A stretch of 63,737 nucleotides of DNA, filler included, from Cercozoa sp. M6MM (taxonomy: Eukaryota > Protista > Endomyxa: Ascetosporea): assembly GCA_040357565.1 (NCBI GenBank). It is 7 parts of 7 records of this genome, joined end to end, with 100 filler letters (N's around TTAATTAATTAA, not from the genome) between each part and the next. Parts side by side here need not be neighbours in the genome. Positions count along the whole stretch, not along the records: positions 52,888 to 58,885 come from JBDODJ010000807.1; positions 58,986 to 63,737 come from JBDODJ010001060.1; 5 more parts are not named here. One strand, given 5' to 3'. Below the pieces are notes generated by a model. That model saw nothing but the letters and a program-made list of their open reading frames with translations. It was not told where the DNA came from and made no database searches. Both the position numbers and the translations under genes were made by a program. Shown one piece after another: positions 54,365 to 63,737 of the stretch. The stretch's first letter is position 1; each line of letters begins with the position of its first letter.

Positions 54365-56179
54365 ATGAAACTCGCCCTCCTCGCGGTCGCACTAGCCGCT
54401 GCTGCCGGCGCTGCCGAAGCACGCAGCAAGCATCAATGGACCAAGTCGGTGCTGCGTCGCAAGCTCGCAGGTGGTGCACTCAGCAGTCCGATGTCGATGG
54501 AACTCCTGTCCAAGAAGAGCAAGTCCGGCAAGTCCAGCAAGAGCAAGAGCAAGAGTAAAAGCAAAAGCAAGAGCAAGAGCAAGAGCAAGAGCAAGAGCAG
54601 CAAATCTTCCAAGTCCAAGTCCTCCAAGTCAAGTCGCAGCTCCCGCTCCTCCCGCTCGAGCCACAGCGGCTCTCGCAGCGGCTCTCGCAGTGGCTCTCGC
54701 AGCGGCTCTCGCAGCGACTCTCGATCCCGCAGTCACTCGCGCGACGGCCATCACGGCGGCCATTACGGCGGCCGTCGCAGTTGGCCGCATGTGCGAAAAT
54801 ACCAGGCGCCGGACGGAGTCCAAAAGTCGCGACAGATGGCCTACTTGCTGGGTGATGACTCGGAGAAGGGCTACAAGCACACCGAGCACAGATGGTACAG
54901 CAACTGTACCACACCGACCCCTGTATCTTTGGCTGTCTATGTCTGCCACTGGACCACACTGACAGGAAGGAGCGCGAGAACAAGCACAAGGCCAAGAGAA
55001 ACAAGGGCCACAAGGCGCGCAAGCCAAAGGGTCTTCTGGGCATTCCATTCCGCGCCACTCTGGCAGGTGATGGGCACACCTCGGGCCAGGCCAGGATGCT
55101 CGTCGCTCGTGACCTGCAGAGTCTGCGCTACAAGATCGTGCTGAAGGACATCACGCACAAGCAGTTCGCCGGTCTGAGCATCCTCAAGGGCAGCGGCCAT
55201 GACTTCCACTACGGCGCCGGTAGCGACGGCTCATACAACACAGTGCTCGGCATGTTCAACCCGAATGAGCTGGGCGCTAAAATCACGGAGACTGGCTGTG
55301 GCTACTACCATGATAAAGAAGGCTACTCGGATGGTGCGTTCAGTTTGCCTGTTCAATATATAGTATTCCATGCTTCAACTCAAGACTTTTCCTACCGTCC
55401 AGCAGGTGCCTACGGCTTCGGAGGAAACCATGGCGATGACCAGGGCTACAATGGCATGGAGTACGATGCCTACAACGAGCAGTGGCGGCCGTACTACCAC
55501 GCTCGGCGACACGATGGACACGCCGGTCACGACCACGAGGACTACGACAACTGTCGCATCACTATCCGAGGCACCTGGGACAACCACGGCAAGGCGCCGC
55601 TTGACAAGGTGCTAGACGAGCTGTTCGCATCGCAGCTCTTCCTGAACGTGCGCACCAAGGAGCATCCCAAGGGCGAGCTCTATGGACAGATCCACCCGAT
55701 TCCGCCGCGCGTTCCCAAGAAGTCGCACAAGCCCAAGAAGTCGTACAAACCCAAGAAGCCCAAGAAGAAGTCCAGAAAGTCCAAGGGGCACGGGCAGTAT
55801 GATAGCGACTACTCCAAGCGCAGTGACAACGAGAAGGGCTACATTTCTGCGAGTCGTTCAAAGGTACTGTACCTGCCAGTGTATCGAAACCTACAGCAGA
55901 TTTATCGCTTTACACTCGTTTTTATTCTAGAGCGACAGCGAAAAGGGATACATTTACGCGCCCTCTTCGAAGGTAAATATACTGTTTTGGGCACAGCACC
56001 CAAACGACAGGAAGAACGTGATTCTGTAGAGCAAGTCGTACTCGGAAGAGAAGAACTACTACTCAAAGAAACCGGCAAAGTATTCAAAGCACGCGAATGT
56101 GTACGGCAATGACGGCGTTGGGGTCTCTGTGCGCACGCGTCGCGGACGTCGAGCGACGGACTATGCTGTTGATAAGTGA
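54365..56179 (+). CDS. Secreted Ser/Lys-rich CHRD-domain protein (silaffin/cingulin-like composition), 5 exons
   Basis: Signal peptide MKLALLAVALAAAAGAAEA; S/K tract; CHRD-like SGQARMLVARDLQSLRYKIVL ... LFLNVRTKEHPKGELYGQI; introns approx 54895-54965, 55334-55405, 55864-55930, 55973-56028 restore one frame to TGA at 56177-56179. Confidence 0.8.
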
Positions 56180-56828
56180 ATTCGAATCGACCGACTCTGA
56201 CCACTCTGACAACTGTCGATACTCTCGCGCGTCGATATCTGGAGACTTCTTTTGCACTCTTCGAAAACTCTCCACTCCAGACGTGTCTGTTACTTAATTT
56301 AGGAACTAAACACATGATTCTAATTGTGCCTGTGTTCGCCAGTTCCGTCAGCTACTGGCAGCCGCTGCTATTGAGTGTTGATCAATATACTGCGTCGATA
56401 CACTTTGCATTGCACCTCATAAATATCCCAACTACTACAGCAGATGTCACGGAGGGTGAAGTCTTGATCGACGAAGTAAGTTTATCCTTCAGGTGTTTAT
56501 CACGCGCCCCGATTGGTAATCACAAAGTGAAAACTTTAAAACAAAAACAACCACTTAGTAACGTAACTTTGTCGTCATTTCTTATTACGAATACTATTCG
56601 TAATACTACTGTATTCGTAATCATTTCACAACTGAAACTCTTGCTTCGATGGTGATACGGTAGGAGTCAAACTGGTCAGCGCAGCCTGCGCTAGGTTCAT
56701 CCTCGCGGAGAGCATAACCTAATTCAGTCTGTGACACCGAACTAACTGCGTAGGTATACGCTAGTTGAGCTTCTACGCCGGCCACGTCCGGTCTCGTTCC
56801 GACACGAGGCGTCATAGCGTCGCATCGA

Positions 56829-58865
56829 TCACTTGTCATCAGAAGGCAGCAGTGTCTCGACGGCCCTGCCGATCGACAAGCCTTGCAAGCGCGCCAATCG
56901 CGTCAGCGAGTACCAGACGCGCGGTTTGTCTTGCTCCTGCTCAATTAGGACACGTGAAAGACGCTTGGGCAAGGTAGAGTTTGGCAGAGTCATAAGAGTA
57001 CAACGCTGGCCTGCTCGAGTGCATCAAAGGCGCTCTGCGGGTCCTTGGCGGCACTAGCGTCCAGCACGCCGTCCAACAACTCATGCAGTACCTGCTCGTG
57101 CAGAGAGGCCAGCCAGTCCGGCGAGTTTCGCAGTGCCTGCGCAAACACGCATACATTTATGAATATATATATATGTACATATCTATATACATATATATTT
57201 ATAATATGTGTGTGTGTGCTGTCGGCAGATAGAAGAGAACTCACGGGTCCACGGGTGAATTCGAGGAGCCACAGGTTCGCCTTGGAGTCCATGAGAAAGT
57301 CCACACCAAGCAAGCAGAAATGGCCTGCCAAGAGTCAAGCAAAACGTAAGAGAAAAAGATACAGCACCAAACTGTGCTGACCGAAAGAGATACCGAGAGC
57401 ACTGTCGAGCAGATGCCGTGTGGCCATCACCTGTCCAGAAAGCAACAGTCTCACAACAACAAGTGAGCAGTTTCGTTATCGGATCTTACTGAGTCAGATA
57501 GGATTCTGTTCATGCGCGACATGATCTGACACACGCACACAGATGTGAAGCAAAACACACCAATGTAGGCCAAGCGAGAAAGGCACCTGCTGTTTCGTGG
57601 ACACGCCGCTGTCTTCAACGGCACTGAGGAAGTCATCGAACGACATGCGCACTTCCACGTCGCCGACCGAGTCGGTCTCTAAGTGGCAACACCAATACAG
57701 CAATACACAGCGACAGACACACTCAAGCTGTAAGTACCAGGGTCGTAGTCTGGGTGATCGCGCTGAACGTGAAAGTTCGTAATGTGCGTGCCTCGAGAGC
57801 TCGTTGCCACCTACAGATCCACGATATAGTTGAGGTACATATTATCTACATATGTATAAAGAGTACAGTGGTCGAATGTTTTGGCGGCTTGTATTTCGAC
57901 GCCGACACACGCACGTAGCCGGGTGCGAACCGACCCAACAGCGTAGGTCCTGTCGGTACAGCACCATGCCCCAACACAGAGCAAAAAAACAAACAAACAG
58001 AGAGGCAAGTGCGGTACCCTCTCCCTGCATCGGCGGCAGCCAAGTGAAGTGATTGTGCGCAGGTCGTTCCTGTCGGTTCTCTGGTGAATGACTTTCCGTC
58101 TCCTGTTAATATGCACACATACATATGTACGTATGCACATCTGTATATACGTACGTCCTGAGGCGGGTGAATGATGTTGAGGTAAACGCGAATGTCAAAC
58201 TTGCGGCCATCCAGTAGAAAGGGCTTTCCAAGGTACTTCTGAACGATCACGGTCCGGTGCGTCGGGAAGTTACGGTGCAGCCAGCTGTTGTGACAGACAC
58301 CAGGCGAGGTATCTAGCACACTCATCCCATGTGCCTGTCAGGTGCCTACCGTGCCAGATGTTCGTGTGACTCAAACCTCGCCAACTCGATTCCGTTGCCA
58401 CAGGCACCAGCCACCTGCAAGTACACGTATGTCTCTCTGTTATCTGGTGACACAAGGGTAAAGAAAGACAGAAGGTTACAGGCTTGACAATGCACCACTT
58501 GCCGGCGCGTGCCAGGTGCCTGGCCTTGTAGCTGCACCAGTTGCCTTCCTTGTCGCGACCCACTGTGACACTCTCCGGGTGGAACTTCCACGCCTCGGCA
58601 CCTGAGCAAACACTCTACTCAACGACGCACTGTGAAAGAACGGCACTCAACGTACCCCAGTACTTGAACAGGTTCTGTGCGACGCGCGACTTGTGCACGA
58701 GATGCCGTTGGCCACTCAGGTGCGACATGAACACCACCGGCACTGCTCGGGGCAGTCAAGGCATACGTTGACACTCAATAAACACACACAACATGTCAGT
58801 GGATACCCCTGGCACCGCCTCGCGCATCGAGGTACTCGGAACTGCCGCCTGAATGCGAATGAACC
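56829..58865 (-). CDS. Tubulin-tyrosine-ligase family (TTL/TTLL) ATP-grasp enzyme, 5'-truncated
   Basis: WCIVKP-AGACGNGIEL, IVQKYLGKPFLLDGRKFDIRVY, AHITNF, FCLLGVDFLMD, LWLLEFTRGP. Confidence 0.9.
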
Positions 58866-58985
58866 ATCACATATCACCCCCCCCCNNNNNNNNNNNNNNN
58901 NNNNNNNNNNNNNNNNNNNNNNNNNNNNNTTAATTAATTAANNNNNNNNNNNNNNNNNNNNNNNNNNNNNNNNNNNNNNNNNNNN

Positions 58986-59034
<49 letters not shown>

Positions 59035-60212
59035 CACCTTGCGGGGGATTCAGAACCTGTAAAATACCACAGGTATGAAAATACAAAAATACAAACCTTA
59101 CTTGAAACCGAAAGAACTGAACAGCTGTAAATTTAGTTTCGCAAAGATCAACTCACAAATGGTCCTCCCCACTTTTTGTTGCATGCGGGTGTGTTTTTTG
59201 GGAATGTGATTCGTCGAAAGTAATCCTCGCCCAGCGTCAGCTATAAATGAAATCTAGTTTACAGATTATGAGGGAAGGATAGTGTAAAAGCACCTCCAAT
59301 GGCTCCCACAACGGAGCGAGAACGTGCTTGTTGTTGTTCATCACATCGTAGAGCGTATTCGTCCACTTGTCGTACTCATTCATTGGAATAAGGGTAACGG
59401 GGAAATTAAAATGGTACGCCAGCTGCGTAAACCACGTCTGCACAGAACCATATGGAGGAGTACTCGGAGCTCTGGAAATATGGAGGAGTTTTGGAGACGT
59501 ACCTCCCAAGCGATTGTATTACTAATGATTGGTATACAGTTGTCGCTGTTAGGGTTCGATGTGTTGACACTTGTCATGTTGAGATTGCACGCTGGAGAAA
59601 ACCTATGGGTGGTATAAATTTAGTGAGGGAAAGGGATACGAGATATTAAGGCGAGTAACCATTTTCCTTGGATACAGCCGTGTTCTTCAGTACAGAGACT
59701 GGGATCTCCTTCGTAGGCCGAATCGGGCTCAAAGTAGTCAGAAATGTTGGAAACCCAGAGGTAACTTCGATAGTACTCTTTTACACACTATCTGTGAGAT
59801 TAAATTGCGCCCCAGCACGTGGATACACTTTTGTCAACTGTTCATACCGAGGAAAAGCTCTGGATATGCCACGTCCAATGGAGCGGGAAAGTACAAGCCC
59901 TGCACCGAAAATGCATGGGAAAACGGGTCTCCAAGATCTTCTTACCGACGAACCCAAAAATCCCTGATTTAAAGGCGCTAAACGTAGTTTTCTGATACCG
60001 TTCGTATGAATGTTTCATACCAATGACGAGTATTCTACAAGACTCTGATCAAGCGAGTATTTTTTCAGCTTTCCGGGGTTATCTGGTCTGGGAAACCATC
60101 ACGTTCAGGGTAAGTTTAAATTTACTGTGAGACAACACAATTATGCGAGTTCAAGACAGGTAGCGTACGGCCACACTTCTGGGTTTATGTCGTAGCGGCT
60201 GGAGAAATGGAG

Positions 60213-60262
<50 letters not shown>

Positions 60263-60838
60263 NNNNNNNNNNCACACACACACACACACATGCGCACATT
60301 TACAAACTGAGTGGAACCCTTCTACAACTTGAAGAAATGAGCCGTCCGGGTAGGTGTATTTGTCTGCATATATAAACGCTGTTCTTTGTGGCTGGCCACA
60401 AAGCTGTTTGAAAGACAGAGACACCCAAATCGTAGGCGACAGGAACAGCTCGGAATCCTGATGGGAAGTTGGAAGTAGGAAAAGTACGTAGTTCTTAGGT
60501 ACCTCTCGATATAAACTTAGTACCTAAGGCTTCCCGCAGTATAACACTTACCAACTCGACACTTATATCGGCCGTGAGCCACTGCCCAGGCGATCCGACC
60601 CGTATTTCAATATTCTCATTGACTGGAAACAGCGCTTCTCTCTTGAGCGTGCTTGGGATTCCGCACAGTTCACTTTGCACAAACCGCAAATTTACAAGCG
60701 CGAGGATGCCGACAAACACCGTGGAGCACTGCACTCAGCAGAGGCGTGAAACATGATAAACACAAACTGACTTTGAGATTATACCTTGCCAAAGCGATTT
60801 TTGACACTAAAGTCCTGCTCTAGCAAGTGGAGAACCAT
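59035..60838 (-). CDS. Receptor paralog A: OpuAC/ProX-like (PBP type II) extracellular domain, 3'-truncated
   Basis: ALFPVNENIEIRVGSPGQWLTADISVELVSVILREALG, YDINPEVWP, GFLGSS-GLYFPAPLDVAYPELFL, VLAPLWEP; colinear with the plus-strand paralog. Confidence 0.65.
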
Positions 60839-61000
60839 ATACTTGGAGAGTCACGATGCTGTGGTGAACTGAAAGGCTCACGTTCAGGCAAATTCGGGTC
60901 GACAGTAAGTTACGCCAGACGGATCAACATTCCGCGCGGATTGGACAAACTGGGCCTGTCTACGAAGACCCTTTTTGTGCAAATCCCTTAGGCGCACAGC

Positions 61001-62747
61001 TTGATACTAACGTTTTGCGCAAAAAGTCGCCGCTTTTGCCCAATGGACGCTAGGACCTCCTGTGTTCCAGAATCATTGCTTCGGAAAGCCCTCTTCCCTC
61101 TCAACAATCATATCAAGCTACGCATTGGAGGAAATGGCTACTGGCTCTCTCAGCAGATTAGCATCGAGGTCATGACATTGCTGCTAAGAGAGGCGTTGGG
61201 TAAGACACTCAATGGAGATGAGTCTGTCCCCAAAGAGTGTAGACAACTAAAAAACTGAATCTCTACTTAAATTTTACTGTGTGGGAAGGTTTTCGAGCCA
61301 CCAAAGCGCTTCCTGACACAGGTAACTTAATGAATGTATCAGTTTGTATTACAGTATCAACCTCATTTCTCCCTTGCGTTTTGACGCTATGCCTCTTTTC
61401 TATCCCTTCCACACTCTTGATACCCCCTCCACACCCTTGATACGCCATCCCCTTTCTCCGACTCACAGACCGGTTTACTTATCCGAACGGAACCTTTCTT
61501 CAAATCGCAGAAGGGTACAGGGATAGAGCTTAGCACGCGTTGTTTTCTGCAGATTCACGACAGATGGGTGTTTGTAAAACCTAAATATACTGTAGGCGGT
61601 ACGACGTCGACATGGAGGTCTGGCCGCAGGACAGCGTAGCCTACCCCAAAGATATCGTCAGTATAAATAGAGTCGTAAATTCACATGTCTAATACCATTG
61701 CGTAGCCTGGCAAGCTACACGAGTATGTCGTTGAAAAAGGAGCGCTGGACTACAGTCCTTTGGTATTATACCTTTCCTTCCCAAGCTAAGTTTACTTTTC
61801 TTTTTGGCCCCCCCCCCCCCCCGCCATCGTCAGGGTTTTCTTGGAACGACCGCTCTGTATTTCCCAAAGTTTGTTGGAGAAGCTTATCCTGAGCTCCTGC
61901 TAGGTGCTAAATTTATCAGTGAATTTAGACACTGACCGATAGTTCAATGCCCTATTAAATATACGCGCAGAAGCGTACCGCAGCTACGTCTTGCATCGAA
62001 ACCTGTCGGGGTTGTTTGAGCCAGATTCTGCCTACCAAGGCAACTCATCGAGTTTGATGTGTGCGGAGGATGCAGGTTGCTATGAGGGCAAATGGTGCAA
62101 TTCTGTCAGAATCGTGTCAGCGTTTCAGGAAATTGCTTGTGCGTTGTCGCAGGTTCTCTCCTGCATGCGAAATAAGCGAAGAAAGTCGTAATACGACGAA
62201 TCCATGTAAGATTTACAGTTCCGCTCAGCCCTGTCGCATACCAAGACCATGCATTTGAACAGATAGTCATAATTGCATACCGGTGGTGTGCCATGCTATC
62301 TCCTGGGTGGTAAGAGTGATTCCTTTAATTTATAGATAAATTTATTTCAGATACGAACTTTCTTGAGGCAATCTTACGTTTTCGACAGTCCTGGTTCACT
62401 CAACTAGCCTACCGATACAATTTGACGTTTACATTCATTCTCGTGGATGAGTACAAAGACTGGAAAGCAATAGTCTATGACGCAATTCAAAACCGAAAGC
62501 GAATTCTCGCTACACTTTGGGAACCTCAAGAGGCACTTTGTGGATAAGCAGTCTATTCTTATGCCTGCTTTCAAATGCGAGTTGTATGTGCGAAATAGTT
62601 CACGTTTGGAGAAGACTATTTCCAACAAATCGTGTTCCCACCGCACACACCTGCGTGTTCTGCGAGGTGGAACGAGAGACTGACTCCGGATGGTATTACG
62701 CGCTACATTTGCGTGCCACTGTGTGTGCGTATGTGTGTGTGTGTGTG

Positions 62748-62841
<94 letters not shown>

Positions 62842-63679
62842 GATGACATTGCGCCTTAGGACCCGAAACAGCGGTAAACTGCGGTTACGAGCGCACCACC
62901 ATGCTCAAGGTGTATCGCCAAGATTTGAGGGATCGAAGCGAAATCGCTCACAACTTCATTGACGCGTACCAGTTGAATCGCGATGACTTCACCTTCTGGA
63001 TGAAGAATAGCGAGGTACCGCTCACCTTAACTTGTATAACGTCCCAGGAGCGTCATTATTCTCAATTCTGGTGTAGAACGCCAGCGGAAACATGCCGATG
63101 GAAGAAGTGAGCTTTTGCACACCCGGCACCGAACTCCTTTCGTTGCATGTTTCAAACAAGAATTTATACGAATGATGAAGCTTTACTGTCCGTGTTTTCT
63201 GCAGCTAGTGTGCAGCTACCTTAACGAGTTCGAAATGAAGTTCGCCAAACTTATGCCACAGGTGGAATTGCCTAGCTGCAACGACATTGGGGATTCATTC
63301 TACGAGATAGGTGTTCCCATCCTTTCTCTGTTCTGTTTGTCGTCCCTGCCACTCGCACCGCAGCCCCGTTTGTAGCAAGAGACACACCTCTGCTCGCACC
63401 ATTTGATGCAGCTACACGTCAGTACTTCATCGATCAGTGTTTTGAGACGAGGGTACTGTTGTTGATTGGGGATGTTAACCTTAGTTGAACGAGCACGCGC
63501 GTTTTCCTGTATTTAATTTATTTAGAATTGTAAGTTAGGAAGTAAGCGAGGAGGCAAAAATCATTGGAGTGGTTTTGTTCGCGTGTGGAGCAGTGCTCTC
63601 GCTGCTTTCATCGCTCTGGTTCTTTTGGAAGCGCAGTGAACGGGTCGTCAAGGCTGCTTCACCGACAATGAGTCACATT
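61001..63679 (+). CDS. Receptor paralog B: PBP type II domain followed by class C (7tm_3)-like GPCR TM1, 3'-truncated
   Basis: ALFPLNNHIKLRIGGNGYWLSQQISIEVMTLLLREALG, YDVDMEVWP, GFLGTTALYFPKFVGEAYPELLL; last exon IIGVVLFACGAVLSLLSSLWFFWKRSERVVKAASPTMSHI resembles class C GPCR TM1-ICL1. Confidence 0.7.

Positions 63680-63737
<58 letters not shown>

Overview
Eukaryotic (protist-like, intron-rich, GT-AG introns, standard code in the conserved genes I decoded) genomic DNA made of 7 contigs joined by artificial 100-bp spacers (N44-TTAATTAATTAA-N44), so adjacency across spacers is not biological. Recognisable multi-exon genes: a GPCR-PIP kinase fusion, TFIIIC TPR subunit (GTF3C3/Tfc4), a Ser/Thr kinase, glutamine synthetase II, a ZIP9-like zinc transporter, ESF2/ABT1, a Q-rich C2H2 zinc-finger protein, a class B DnaJ, gamma-glutamyltranspeptidase, an Afi1/MesA-like uDENN protein, a TTL-family ligase, and several unknown genes. 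The most interesting candidates are (1) a secreted Ser/Lys-rich, RXL- and KXXK-bearing, Tyr/His/Asp-rich CHRD protein with silaffin/cingulin-like design, (2) a head-to-head pair of paralogous receptors with an OpuAC/ProX-like binding domain, one of which runs into a class C GPCR-like first TM, and (3) introns filled with a mostly sense-oriented TTTACCCC satellite. All gene models were spliced by eye and their boundaries are approximate.
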